From the IMG/VR virus record IMGVR_UViG_3300032305_003086, positions 62,599 to 126,598 of that record: 64,000 bases of DNA; one strand, 5' to 3'. Every line of letters starts with the position of its first letter. Position 1 is the stretch's first letter. The translations under genes were made by a program, and so were the position numbers. Source of the DNA: a virus (taxonomy: Duplodnaviria; Caudoviricetes). The notes beneath the pieces are model-generated. The model saw only the letters and a program-made list of their open reading frames with translations. It was not told the DNA's origin and made no database searches. This document shows, in pieces, positions 29,665-39,840 of the stretch.

Positions 29665-30275
29665 GTTTATCATTTGAAAATGAATTAAATAAAAAAATAA
29701 AAAGTCAGCTTATATCTCCTAAGGTTTTATTAGATAAACTAAGACTATTTGACGAAGAGTCTAGAAAGAGCAGTCAGTATCAAGACCCAACTTATTTGCC
29801 TTTTTATTTTTATTTAAGTAGATTTTTATTTCCTAAATCCATTCTACAAATTGGTCTTAATTTAGGTTTGGAGATTTGTTGTTTTTTGTATGGCAATAAA
29901 GATGTTGAAAGTTTTTTTGGATTTCAGAGTTCGAATGATAATTTTTACTCAGAGAGATTAGCATTCTCCAATATAAAAGATATAACAAAAAAAATAAAAA
30001 CAGATTATTATTATGGCAAAATATATGACAATCTGTTTTTACAAAAAGCTAAAAGTTTCGATCTTATTTTATTAACTGAGAAATCTAACTTTGATCAAAT
30101 AAAAGAATCCGTTGAGATTTGCTGGGAAAAACTAAATATGGACGGTTATTTAGTAATGGATTATTTAAATTATGATAAAAAAATAAATAAAATTTTTATG
30201 GATTTTTGCAAGTCCAAAAATAGAGAGGGATTTGTGTTTAAAACTAGGTATGGAACTGGAATTTTAAGAAAGTAA
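29661..30275 (+). CDS. class I SAM methyltransferase-like protein
   Basis: ILQIGLNLG motif I, FDLI, GYLVMD. Confidence 0.6.
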   Translation: MSLSFENELNKKIKSQLISPKVLLDKLRLFDEESRKSSQYQDPTYLPFYFYLSRFLFPKSILQIGLNLGLEICCFLYGNKDVESFFGFQSSNDNFYSERLAFSNIKDITKKIKTDYYYGKIYDNLFLQKAKSFDLILLTEKSNFDQIKESVEICWEKLNMDGYLVMDYLNYDKKINKIFMDFCKSKNREGFVFKTRYGTGILRK

Positions 30276-30287
30276 CTAATTTATTAT

Positions 30288-31031
30288 ATGGGATTTGAAA
30301 TTACATATTTTTATAAAGAGGCAGGAGATTCTCCTGGCACATACAATGAAGAAGTTTTGTCTAAAACTACAAAAATTGGAAAGTTTGAAGAAGAAATTTC
30401 TTTAGATTTTTTGGCAGGCAAGATTATATCTCAACTGGCAAGAAGAAACATACTTATAGTTGATATCGAAATATTTGAATTTACAAAGAAAAAAGTTGGC
30501 TACAAAGAAACTCCAACTGGAATATTTATAAAAAATAAAAAATTTAGTTTTGATAGCGGAGCTTTAGTTTCTTCTGAAGTGGTTGAAGATGAAGATCTAA
30601 ATGAAATATTACAAAATCAAGATTTATTAGAAAAATTAAAAAAAACTCTAAATATAGATTCTAATTCACAAAATTTTAAAAATATTTGTCCTCCTAGAAA
30701 CAACACCGATAATAAAAAATTTTTGAGACAAGAAGTTTATGATCCTGAAATAACAACAAAAGTAAAAGTTGAACAAAGAGGATATAAATTTACCGTTGGA
30801 AAAAGATACCCGATATACTCAGAAAAATCATCTGCCGGAATGCTAAAATATTTGACAAAAGATGACTCTGGACGAGAGGTTGAAGTTGGCTCTGAGTGTT
30901 TTGTCGTTCCTTCCGCTGGACTTTCGTTTGACGACGAAGGCCCCAAGTATCACGGAGCCGCAGTCGATGAAGTTGATTTATGGAAAAATGTTCCAATAGA
31001 TCAGAGTATCCCAGACATAAGGAGAAGATAA
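30288..31031 (+). CDS. hypothetical protein
   Basis: Long ORF in operon. Confidence 0.6.
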   Translation: MGFEITYFYKEAGDSPGTYNEEVLSKTTKIGKFEEEISLDFLAGKIISQLARRNILIVDIEIFEFTKKKVGYKETPTGIFIKNKKFSFDSGALVSSEVVEDEDLNEILQNQDLLEKLKKTLNIDSNSQNFKNICPPRNNTDNKKFLRQEVYDPEITTKVKVEQRGYKFTVGKRYPIYSEKSSAGMLKYLTKDDSGREVEVGSECFVVPSAGLSFDDEGPKYHGAAVDEVDLWKNVPIDQSIPDIRRR

Positions 31032-31459
31032 TGTCTAAAAAGCAGCAAGAAAGAAAAAAGAAAAAAAGAGAAGAAATAGCTAAAAAAAGAGTGCTGTCTA
31101 GAAGAGGTGCTCTTAGGAAGCAGTCTAGCGATAATTTAAAGTCTGCTAGATTAGATAGAAAATTTAGAGAAAAAATGGATCCTTTCGTTAAAGATGAAGA
31201 AAAAAGGAAAACAATGGAAAAATATAAGAATGAAATAATATTATCTAAGTTGGAAAAAAATGCAGAAATATTAAGAGCTTTAGAAGATGAATATTTGAGA
31301 GAAATCAATCAAAAGAAGCTAATTAATGACCAATTGGAGTCTGAGGGTCATGTGACCTTAAAAGATAAAATGGATGCATTAGAAAGCAAAATAAAAGAAC
31401 ATATGACAGAGGAACAGAAAGAAACAGGCATTATAGATTTTTCAGAAAAAAAAGACTAA
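31031..31459 (+). CDS. hypothetical charged coiled-coil protein
   Basis: GGAG RBS; TAATG coupling with the previous gene. Confidence 0.55.
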   Translation: MSKKQQERKKKKREEIAKKRVLSRRGALRKQSSDNLKSARLDRKFREKMDPFVKDEEKRKTMEKYKNEIILSKLEKNAEILRALEDEYLREINQKKLINDQLESEGHVTLKDKMDALESKIKEHMTEEQKETGIIDFSEKKD

Positions 31460-31465
31460 AGTCTA

Positions 31466-31494
31466 TTGACTTTGCCTTCGATATTACTTATAAC
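31466..31494 (+). promoter_or_regulatory. sigma70-like promoter of the SSB gene
   Basis: TTGACT-17-TATAAC. Confidence 0.6.
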
Positions 31495-31566
31495 TTAAAA
31501 AGATGAACGCGAAAAAGTTAGTAGCGTTTATTAACTTTCAGCAACTTTTATTAACTGGAGAAAACA

Positions 31567-32562
31567 ATGGGATTAAATATCAATGCTTTAAGTAGCGAAT
31601 ATAAAGACATAAAATCTAATGAAAACTCTGCATCTGTCGGATCATTCTTAGAAAATTTTGTAAGAATGCCGGATGGGAAAGGCAGCGTTGTTCTTAGAAT
31701 TCTTCCCCCCGCCCACGATGGAATGTTTGGTAGAGATGACAATCCATTTTTTCAGACAACAAGAATTCACAAGGTGAATGGAAAAAGTCTTCATGATCCT
31801 CGTGAAAAAGTAAATGGCAAATGGGTTGGAGAAAATCCGATAGGTGACTATTTGAGATGGCTCTGGAAAGAGTCGGAACAATCCTCTCCCGACGAGCGTG
31901 ACAGAATGCAGGCTCTATATAGAGAGCTAAAGCCAATTGATAGATATTATTATAATGTTATTGTCAGAGCCGAGACAGATGAAAATGGCAACGTAAAGAA
32001 AGATGTTGGCCCTAAGATTTTGTCTGTTGGAAAAACTGTTCACGAGGCCATCCTCAGAGGAATCCTTGGCGATAAAGAAATGAATCAGCCAAAGCTTGGA
32101 GATGTTACAGACTTCAAGACTGGTCGAGATTTCAAGTTAGTGAAAACTATTCGTAAGTCTGGAGAAAATACCTATCCAAATTATGAAAGTTCTCATTTCT
32201 TGGACGAATCTCCAGCTGGAGATCCTGAACAGTGCAAGCAATGGATGGAAAATTTACACGATCTAAAGTCTTTAAGAGTTCTAAAGCCTGCGGAAGAATT
32301 AGAGAATGAATTGATGGTCCATCTTGGATTGAAACAGGAAACAAGCTCTAGTTTTGATCCGTCCAAGTATCAGTCTAAGTCTTCTGTCGCTTCTTCTCCT
32401 GCCCCTGCCCCCAAAGTAAAGCAGGTTGTAGAAGATGATGGAGTTGAAGTCGCCTCAGTTGCCGCAACTGTTTCCAAAAAAGCAGTGAAAGAAGAATCGG
32501 ATGATGCCGATGACGAAGTGGCAGATAAAGATTTTCTAGAAGAGTTAAGAAAATTAACTTGA
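31567..32562 (+). CDS. gp32-like single-stranded DNA-binding protein
   Basis: VLRILPP, RYYYNVIVR, GRDFKLVK, YPNYESS, acidic C-terminal tail. Confidence 0.85.
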   Translation: MGLNINALSSEYKDIKSNENSASVGSFLENFVRMPDGKGSVVLRILPPAHDGMFGRDDNPFFQTTRIHKVNGKSLHDPREKVNGKWVGENPIGDYLRWLWKESEQSSPDERDRMQALYRELKPIDRYYYNVIVRAETDENGNVKKDVGPKILSVGKTVHEAILRGILGDKEMNQPKLGDVTDFKTGRDFKLVKTIRKSGENTYPNYESSHFLDESPAGDPEQCKQWMENLHDLKSLRVLKPAEELENELMVHLGLKQETSSSFDPSKYQSKSSVASSPAPAPKVKQVVEDDGVEVASVAATVSKKAVKEESDDADDEVADKDFLEELRKLT

Positions 32563-32584
32563 TCTTTTCTTAGGTGTGGTGTGT

Positions 32585-32630
32585 GCCTCCTGCCTAGCTT
32601 TTGGTGTAGGCTAGGCAGGAGGCTTTTTTT
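32585..32630 (+). terminator. Rho-independent terminator
   Basis: 14-bp GC-rich stem GCCTCCTGCCTAGC/GCTAGGCAGGAGGC followed by T7. Confidence 0.85.
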
Positions 32631-32652
32631 ACAAAATACAGGAGTTAATTAA

Positions 32653-33840
32653 ATGGCTAAATCTAAAAAAAATAATGATGCAGAAATTCTTGCTGGTATA
32701 TTAAATGAAACTGGCGGCGAAACTTTACGTGATGCCGGTCAAGTTCCTTACTATGTTGATACTGGCAATTTAGCTGTAAATTATGCATGTAGCGGCAAGT
32801 TTATAAATGGAGGTTTTCCGGGTGGTAGAATTATCGAGGCTTTCGGCCCTGAAGCCTCTGGAAAATCTTTTTTGGGTTACTGCTTTATGCATTCTGTTCA
32901 AAAAATGAATGGGATTGCAATTTTATTGGATTGTGAGAGATCCAGCGGAGCCGAATTCGCAGAAAGATGTGGTCACGTCGATCCGGATTCGTTAGTTGTG
33001 TATGATCCTGTTTCTCTTGAACAAGTTGAAAGAAAAATAACAACCGTTGTCAATAAAATAAGGGCAGCTTTCCCAGACAAGCCTATAGGAATTGTTTGGG
33101 ATTCAATAGGCGTTAATCCGACTGATAGAGAGTGGGGTTCCATAGACCTTCCAGAAAATCCAACGCAGCAACAAATTTCTGCCGCTGGCGGAAATGAGCG
33201 ACCCGGCGAACGTGCCAAAGCTGCAAATAAAGTTTTGAGAAGTTTGAATCCATTCCTAAATAATAATAACGCTACTCTTTATGTGATTAATCAAGTTAGG
33301 AAAAAAATTGGAGTTATTTATGGAAATGACGAAACAACTTCTGGTGGTGGCGAGGCTCTGAAATTTTATGCCTCTTTAAGACTTCGCTGTGGTGCTCCAA
33401 AGTCTTTTCAAGATAAAAATACAAAGTTGCCTCTGGGTGTAAATATGAGTGTCACAAATAAAAAGAACAGACACTTTACTCCAGGAGTTAAAATTGAAAA
33501 TATTCCTTTATTTTTTAATACTGGTATAAATCCACTTGGCGGTCTTATGGACGCTTTTCTTATGGCAGAGAGAATAGAGGCTACTACGAAGGGCAGATAC
33601 AGAATTTTGCCCCAATGGAGTAATGGAGATGATGATGCCACATTCCAACAAGCAAAAACCTCTCCTATGGATTTGGATTTATTGTGTAAATATCCTGCAC
33701 TAATAGATGCAAAAAACGAAGAAGAAGTAAGAGAATATCTAAAAGAATGGTCTGCGGCTATAGCTCTAACGAATAGCGAAGGCGTTGAGCAAGTTGATTC
33801 AAACGGTGATGTAAGTCATCTGCTTGGAGAAGATTCATGA
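32653..33840 (+). CDS. recA: RecA/UvsX recombinase
   Basis: GRIIEAFGPEASGKS, WDS, INQVR, SGGGEALKFYASLRL, KKNR. Confidence 0.9.
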   Translation: MAKSKKNNDAEILAGILNETGGETLRDAGQVPYYVDTGNLAVNYACSGKFINGGFPGGRIIEAFGPEASGKSFLGYCFMHSVQKMNGIAILLDCERSSGAEFAERCGHVDPDSLVVYDPVSLEQVERKITTVVNKIRAAFPDKPIGIVWDSIGVNPTDREWGSIDLPENPTQQQISAAGGNERPGERAKAANKVLRSLNPFLNNNNATLYVINQVRKKIGVIYGNDETTSGGGEALKFYASLRLRCGAPKSFQDKNTKLPLGVNMSVTNKKNRHFTPGVKIENIPLFFNTGINPLGGLMDAFLMAERIEATTKGRYRILPQWSNGDDDATFQQAKTSPMDLDLLCKYPALIDAKNEEEVREYLKEWSAAIALTNSEGVEQVDSNGDVSHLLGEDS

Positions 33841-33998
33841 AAATAAGCTATTTTCATGAAAAAATACATATTTTATATATTTACTATTTTTAAACAGGAT
33901 CTCGGGGAGCTACAGAGAGCTGCACATAAAACCGTAGAAAAGTTTATTGTTCTAAGTAGAAAATTTTGGCTCTGAAAAAGAAAAATATAAATTTATTA

Positions 33999-34253
33999 TT
34001 ATATTTTTCTTTTTATTTTTATTTTATCTTTTTTAATTTCTAAAATTTCAAAATTTAAATTTTTAATATTGTAATTCTTGTCACACAAAGCAGGCACTAG
34101 TTTATTTAGATCTAAAATCTTTTGATCGGAATCAGTATTCACAATGAAAACTTTTGCCTTAAAAGTTTTTATGTATTCTAAAAGGTGCTTGTAATTTTTC
34201 TGATGCGTGAACAGTTTTCTATTGTCTTTTGTTTGTATCATTAAGCATTTCAT
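33999..34253 (-). CDS. hypothetical protein
   Basis: ORF with purine-rich leader, divergent from the amidoligase. Confidence 0.5.
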   Translation of the reverse strand: MKCLMIQTKDNRKLFTHQKNYKHLLEYIKTFKAKVFIVNTDSDQKILDLNKLVPALCDKNYNIKNLNFEILEIKKDKIKIKRKI

Positions 34254-34323
34254 TTTTTATTTCCCATTGTTTTGAACTTAAAATTATTATATAATTTGAT
34301 CTAACTTAAATCAACTATAAAAA

Positions 34324-35283
34324 ATGAGAAAATTTGGCGTAGAAATTGAATTGAATTCTTTTGATCAAAGAGATTTTAAAAAATACCCTTTAGGTAAGAA
34401 TGAATATCCTTCTGGTATCGATTATGTTTGTTCATTGATTAAGAATCTAGGCTTTATGGTCAGGATAGATGGTTGGCATCAAACTCATAATAACTTTGAT
34501 TGGGTGTGTAAGTCAGATTCTAGTTGCGGAATGGAAATATGCTCTCCTGCTTCTGATAATTTAGAATCTGTATTGAAATTAATCGATGTATTATCAAAAG
34601 ATTCATATATAAAAATTGATAATAGATGTTCTTTTCATGTTCATTTTGACATAAGCGATTGCATTTCAAAAAAGGGCTACCAAGATGATTTTTATAATTC
34701 TACAAAACTTGCTTCTATTTTGTCTTGGTGGGTTAAGTGCGAACCTGTATTTTTTGATTCAATTCCAGACCACAGGAAATTTAATAAATATTGTCAATGC
34801 ATAGGAATATCCGAAATTTTTAAAGCAGACGAGAAGCCAGATTATTTTAATGTAATTCAAAAATTAGGTTCTAGTAAATATTTTAGCTGCAATGTTTATC
34901 ATTTGTGCAAAGGTTCTAGACCTACAATAGAATTTAGGTTGGCAGAAGAGTCAGCTTGTGTTGATCCTATTTTTGCAAAAAACTGGGTTGTTTTATTGTC
35001 TCGTTTTATCGAACAAGCTGTTTCTGCGGGCGTCCCAGATTCTTATTGTTGGCTCGATACCAAGCAAGTCTTTGAATTTTTGGGTTTTAATAAAAATCTG
35101 TCTTTTGAAGAAAAAGAATTAAGGTATTGGTTTTTAAATAGAATATTGAAAAATATTAAAAGTAATGTTACTCATTGGAACTATAAATTAAGAAGAATTG
35201 CTATATTAGAAAGTGAAGATATTTTAAGAGATTTACAATTGGATAAAGATATTTCTAGTTCTTCGGTTCCAATGGATAAATAA
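34324..35283 (+). CDS. putative COOH-NH2 ligase (amidoligase_2 family)
   Basis: FGVEIE, DSSCGMEICSP, CSFHVH, TIEFR. Confidence 0.8.
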   Translation: MRKFGVEIELNSFDQRDFKKYPLGKNEYPSGIDYVCSLIKNLGFMVRIDGWHQTHNNFDWVCKSDSSCGMEICSPASDNLESVLKLIDVLSKDSYIKIDNRCSFHVHFDISDCISKKGYQDDFYNSTKLASILSWWVKCEPVFFDSIPDHRKFNKYCQCIGISEIFKADEKPDYFNVIQKLGSSKYFSCNVYHLCKGSRPTIEFRLAEESACVDPIFAKNWVVLLSRFIEQAVSAGVPDSYCWLDTKQVFEFLGFNKNLSFEEKELRYWFLNRILKNIKSNVTHWNYKLRRIAILESEDILRDLQLDKDISSSSVPMDK

Positions 35284-35308
35284 TAGTATATGAAGAGGAA
35301 CCTTAGCC

Positions 35309-35758
35309 ATGAGCAATTTCGATCAAAAAATAGAGATGCTAAGAAACTTAAGCAAGCATCTAGTTGGCTATAATTTTCCATTAGGCCCAATGGACACAGA
35401 GTATGATATTGCCATTTTGAAAAAGACCGAGATTGAAGTTGATGGCTACACGGTTATTGTTCATTTCAATAGGGCTTATTATGAAAAGTATTTTTTAGAA
35501 ACATTTCAGATTTACAACAAACATTCTCCTTTTTTACCTTTTTATTTAGTGACAAAACTTGCTCAAAAAGTTTTAGGAAGTCACCATTTATCTTTAGTTG
35601 AATTTTATCAAAAAGATCACAAAATTTATTGTTGGAGTGTTTGCGTTGACGACAGAGGCAGGCCAATTAATTCTCCTCTGCACGAAAAAACAAAAGTCAA
35701 GAATTTCGAAGGATTTGAATACAATTATATGAAACCCGAACAATTAAATTTATATTAA
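35309..35758 (+). CDS. hypothetical protein
   Basis: GAGGA RBS; TAAATA motif upstream. Confidence 0.6.
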   Translation: MSNFDQKIEMLRNLSKHLVGYNFPLGPMDTEYDIAILKKTEIEVDGYTVIVHFNRAYYEKYFLETFQIYNKHSPFLPFYLVTKLAQKVLGSHHLSLVEFYQKDHKIYCWSVCVDDRGRPINSPLHEKTKVKNFEGFEYNYMKPEQLNLY

Positions 35759-35796
35759 TTGTTTTCCTTGGTAATGTACAAAAGGAGGATTGCACC

Positions 35797-36102
35797 ATGA
35801 AGAAGATTACAAAAAGTAGGGTTCAAGAAGTTTTTATTACTCATTTATTGAAAGAAGGAAGCGTAGAGTTAATTCTTCCTAATAATATGGTTTTAGAAGT
35901 TGGAATAACACAAGAAGATAAAAATGGGGATCTTGAAAAGATACCAAATTACTGTTGGGTTATAGCTTCTCAAAATGGCAGAGCAGTATCGATTGATGAG
36001 TATAATCTAGGTCTTAGATATGAAGATAATGATAAAATGATATTTGAACATCAATCTACATCTTCTCATGGAGAAAACATTAAAATATTAGATGTTATAT
36101 AG
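35797..36102 (+). CDS. hypothetical protein
   Basis: AGGAGG RBS. Confidence 0.6.
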   Translation: MKKITKSRVQEVFITHLLKEGSVELILPNNMVLEVGITQEDKNGDLEKIPNYCWVIASQNGRAVSIDEYNLGLRYEDNDKMIFEHQSTSSHGENIKILDVI

Positions 36103-36397
36103 TTTTGATTAGTTTAATCGATCCATTAGAATCTAATAAAACTTCATCTGTAACATTGACATTACTACTAGAATTTACTATATTATAATTAATCCAAAGA
36201 AAAATTCCTTCTGGTTTCATTTCGCAATTAGAAATCATTAAGGTTTGAATTTTAGGATCTTTAATGTGAAATTTAATTTCTACATTAATTTTTAAAAAAT
36301 TCAATAAATTTCTAGGGTTTATAAAATTGGTCCAATCCTTGATTAATAGTTTTTCAAGTTTTCTTGGATCAAAGATATCATCAGAGGAGTTGGTCAT
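36095..36397 (-). CDS. hypothetical protein
   Basis: Fills the gap; convergent overlap with 35797..36102. Confidence 0.5.
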   Translation of the reverse strand: MTNSSDDIFDPRKLEKLLIKDWTNFINPRNLLNFLKINVEIKFHIKDPKIQTLMISNCEMKPEGIFLWINYNIVNSSSNVNVTDEVLLDSNGSIKLIKTI

Positions 36398-36662
36398 GAA
36401 GCCTCAAAAGAATGTTTCTGTTGTAAAAGAGTATGTTCATCGTCTTTTTGATGATGAACTAAATTTGATCGTAGATAGATTGACGCAGCCCGTATGCGGG
36501 GATAGAGCCGATGTTTCTTTGTTGTTCGAAAAAGATAAAGAGCTAGACAGGTGGCTATGTCAAGCCAAAGGAGCATTTGAATGGTTTGATAAAATTGATA
36601 TTATAGAAGATTATGCGGTTTCGGAACAAAGTCGAAGACAAAAGTCAAATCAAAAAAAGTAA
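36396..36662 (+). CDS. hypothetical protein
   Basis: GAGGAG RBS before ATG 36396. Confidence 0.55.
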   Translation: MKPQKNVSVVKEYVHRLFDDELNLIVDRLTQPVCGDRADVSLLFEKDKELDRWLCQAKGAFEWFDKIDIIEDYAVSEQSRRQKSNQKK

Positions 36663-36684
36663 TTTTTTTTGAAGTGTTGTGTTG

Positions 36685-36722
36685 TTGAGGGGCAATGTGA
36701 TAAAATGCACATTGCCCCTCAA
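36685..36722 (+). terminator. 15-bp stem-loop (terminator-like) with a -10-like element in the loop
   Basis: TTGAGGGGCAATGTG/CACATTGCCCCTCAA followed by a T tract; TGATAAAAT at the loop. Confidence 0.65.
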
Positions 36723-36739
36723 TTTTTATATGGTGAAAA

Positions 36740-38764
36740 ATGAACATAATAGAACTAGAAGACCAAAATAATTTAGTTGAAACTTCAAAATATCCAAATT
36801 ATGCAAAATTTCCATTTGAAAAATTCAACCCAGTTCAAAGTAGAATATTTGAAATATTTAATGAGGATTGCAATGTAATTGTTGCTGCGAGAACCTCAGC
36901 GGGGAAAACAATATGTTCGGAAATTCTCATGTCTCAAGAGATAAGAGAGCGTGGCGGAAAAGCCATGTATCTTGCTCCTTTGAGAGCTTTAGCCAAAGAA
37001 AAAATTGACGATTGGACAGATGCTAATCACCATTTTTCTGATTTGAATCTGTCCATATGCACAGGCGACTACAGGTTGACAGATAAAAGAAAGCAAGAGT
37101 TGGAAAGTTCCAACATAATTATAATGACATCTGAAATGCTTAATTCTAGATGTAGAAACTATAAATCAGAATCTAATGAATGGATAAAGCAAATTGGGAC
37201 ATTGGTTATTGATGAGTTTCATTTGCTAACAGTTCCTGGAAGAGGCGATCATCTTGAGATTGGCCTTATGAAATTTGCTAAAATAAATCCTAATTGCAGA
37301 ATTGTTGGATTATCGGCAACCATGCCTAACGTCCGCCAGATAGCAGATTGGGTGGGAGATAATTTAAACAAAAAGAAAACATATTTTATAAATTCTAAAT
37401 ATAGACCTTGCCCTTTATCAATTCATTATGAAAATTATGAAGATGTTGGAACTTATGAAATGAAAGAAGAGTCGAAGATTGATAAGGCAGTTGATATATT
37501 AAGAGAATACAAAGAAGATAAGTTTTTAATATTTGTTCATACTAAAAATACTGGAGATAGAATTAGAAGGCATCTGAATCAAATTGGAATTGAGTGTGAA
37601 TTTCATAATGCAGATCTTGAGAAAGAAAAAAGACACGAAGTTGAGACAAAATTTAAGACTGGAAAATTAAGAGCCATAATAGCAACTAGCACTTTGGCAT
37701 GGGGCATTAATATGCCCGCCCGCAGAGTCATAATTGCGGGTGTACACAGGGGAATGACAGAAGTTGATACTTATGACATTATGCAAATGGCCGGAAGAGC
37801 AGGAAGAGTTGGTTATGACCCTAGGGGGGATGTTCACATTCTAGTCCCAGAGAGCAAGGCAGATGATCATATAGATCGGCTTTCTACTCCTCAAGAAATA
37901 ACTTCTCAACTATTGGTGCATATCGGAGATGAAGAAAATCCACATTATAAAACTTTGGCTTTTCACTTAGTTAGTGAAATTCATCATGGTGAAATCAAAA
38001 CAATTGAAGATATTCACAATTGGTATGAAAGATCTTTGGCTCGATTTCAATCTGTAGATCTTGATGATTCAATAGTAAATAAAACCTTAGAATTGCTAAT
38101 TCAAGTTGGGGCAATTAAAGAGGTCGATGGGAATTATGAGGCCACAACCATCGGCAAAGTCTCTAGCATGTTCTACTATAGCCCTTTCGATGTGGCTGAT
38201 TTAAGAAGAAATTTTAGAGTTTTGTTTATGAAAAATATTCAAGATAATGATTTTGCTTTGTCTATGGCTTTAGGCAATGTCGATTCAATCAGAATGGGAT
38301 TTGTTACTAAGAGCGAAAAAGAAGAGATGGAAGAGTATCAGAATATAGTGACAAAATCTTTTGGAGATGTTTATTTAGATTCTTCAATCAAAGGAGGATA
38401 CGCTTATTTTTGTTTGTTACAAGGTCTAGATCCTGGGCCTTTTTCATCTCTAGCTAGAGGTTTTCAAATGGATTTTGAAAGAACCAATTCTGTACTGAAC
38501 TCATTAGACTCAATGGCTGCAAAATGGAACAAAAAAAATTATTTTAATACGGTATCTCTTAGAATTGGTTACGGAGTCAGACCAGAACTTGTTAATTTTT
38601 GTAAAATACCAAATATTGGCAAAGTTAGAGCTGAAAAATTATATGCAGCTGGCTTTAGAAATCCTTCTGACTTATTAAAAAACTTTGATTTAGTTAGGAA
38701 AACTTTGAATATGAAAGAAGATAAAATAATTGAAATAATTGAATCTGTTAAGAATTTTTCCTGA
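36740..38764 (+). CDS. Ski2-like (Hel308/Hjm-type) SF2 helicase
   Basis: FNPVQ Q-motif, ARTSAGKT, DEFH, LSATMPN, TSTLAWGINMPA, QMAGRAGR, C-terminal HhH IPNIGKVRAEKLY. Confidence 0.88.
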   Translation: MNIIELEDQNNLVETSKYPNYAKFPFEKFNPVQSRIFEIFNEDCNVIVAARTSAGKTICSEILMSQEIRERGGKAMYLAPLRALAKEKIDDWTDANHHFSDLNLSICTGDYRLTDKRKQELESSNIIIMTSEMLNSRCRNYKSESNEWIKQIGTLVIDEFHLLTVPGRGDHLEIGLMKFAKINPNCRIVGLSATMPNVRQIADWVGDNLNKKKTYFINSKYRPCPLSIHYENYEDVGTYEMKEESKIDKAVDILREYKEDKFLIFVHTKNTGDRIRRHLNQIGIECEFHNADLEKEKRHEVETKFKTGKLRAIIATSTLAWGINMPARRVIIAGVHRGMTEVDTYDIMQMAGRAGRVGYDPRGDVHILVPESKADDHIDRLSTPQEITSQLLVHIGDEENPHYKTLAFHLVSEIHHGEIKTIEDIHNWYERSLARFQSVDLDDSIVNKTLELLIQVGAIKEVDGNYEATTIGKVSSMFYYSPFDVADLRRNFRVLFMKNIQDNDFALSMALGNVDSIRMGFVTKSEKEEMEEYQNIVTKSFGDVYLDSSIKGGYAYFCLLQGLDPGPFSSLARGFQMDFERTNSVLNSLDSMAAKWNKKNYFNTVSLRIGYGVRPELVNFCKIPNIGKVRAEKLYAAGFRNPSDLLKNFDLVRKTLNMKEDKIIEIIESVKNFS

Positions 38765-39509
38765 TGTTTCTTGCCTTCCTAGCAGCTACTCTAAAGCTTT
38801 TTATTTTGTTAATTCTTTTTGCAAATTCTTTCTTATTTAATGTTATTTTTAACTTATTGCCAATCACCTTATTCTTCCATAAGGGAGTGTTAGATCCGCA
38901 CCTTGTTCCACAGTGAAGTAGGGTGCAGCAAGAATTTCCAATCGTGACCTGCGGAAAGCCAATAGATTCTCCTTCTCTTACATCAATCTCTGTCCAGGTA
39001 ATAGAGGCCGAACAATCGCCGCCACCAGAGACAGAAGCATAGGCCTTTCCAGACCCATGAGAACAACAACATTTGGATCCTCCTACTTGTCCTGATAGTG
39101 AAATTCCACAACTATTACTTGTTGTTATGCTTACTGTAATATCTGCACAAGGAACGGAACATCCTTGAGCAAAAATAAAATCATTGCTATTTTTTATTAG
39201 ATCTTGCCCTAATTCAAAACTGGGAATTGGCGGAACTTCTATTCCCAGCTTCGAATTGCTCTCAAGGTCAGATTCTTTTATTTTGTCAATATTTATTGTT
39301 TTTTGTTTTGGTCTAATTAAAAAGTCAAATATCCTTTTTATAAAAGGTCTTCCGCATTCACAAGGATACCCTGGAGTATTAGATCCTGCTTTATAGCTCA
39401 GTTCTATAGAATCACAAAGTCCATCCGGAGGGCAGCTTACGCCGCAGCAGTTAGCATAACAACCACCAGAGCCTCTTCCACTGCAATCTGAAGTTAAATT
39501 ACAACCCAT
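38748..39509 (-). CDS. cysteine-rich protein
   Basis: About 20 Cys in Gly/Ser-rich blocks; basic C-terminus. Confidence 0.55.
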   Translation of the reverse strand: MGCNLTSDCSGRGSGGCYANCCGVSCPPDGLCDSIELSYKAGSNTPGYPCECGRPFIKRIFDFLIRPKQKTINIDKIKESDLESNSKLGIEVPPIPSFELGQDLIKNSNDFIFAQGCSVPCADITVSITTSNSCGISLSGQVGGSKCCCSHGSGKAYASVSGGGDCSASITWTEIDVREGESIGFPQVTIGNSCCTLLHCGTRCGSNTPLWKNKVIGNKLKITLNKKEFAKRINKIKSFRVAARKARNIRKNS

Positions 39510-39762
39510 TATTATTACCAAAAAAGTTTTCTGGATATTCTATTTTGACAATCCCATTTCCATTTGTCTGATTGCCGTTTTCATCTTCAACCCACCATCT
39601 AACTTGATTTATTTCTATTCCTAATTCTTCCATATGGCAATTATCTTTTGTATTAACTGGCATATGATATTGCTTTCCTTCAATTAATATTGCTACTTGG
39701 CATGTTTCTTTTTCTGCATTAAATAATTGACAATTTCCACAAATTTTTTCTTTTTTTTCCAT
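39499..39762 (-). CDS. hypothetical Zn-binding protein
   Basis: CGNC...C...CH. Confidence 0.55.
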   Translation of the reverse strand: MEKKEKICGNCQLFNAEKETCQVAILIEGKQYHMPVNTKDNCHMEELGIEINQVRWWVEDENGNQTNGNGIVKIEYPENFFGNNNGL

Positions 39763-39840
39763 TATAAGCTGATGTTGAATGTGATTTCTTTTATTGATAT
39801 AATGATCATGTGATTATATGAGTAAAGGATATAAATTAAT

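Noticed and set aside
30790-31308. 172-aa reverse-strand ORF and the many other short antisense ORFs in the track
   Set aside because: They fully overlap better-supported genes on the opposite strand and have the Phe/Leu/Ser-rich composition expected of antisense frames.
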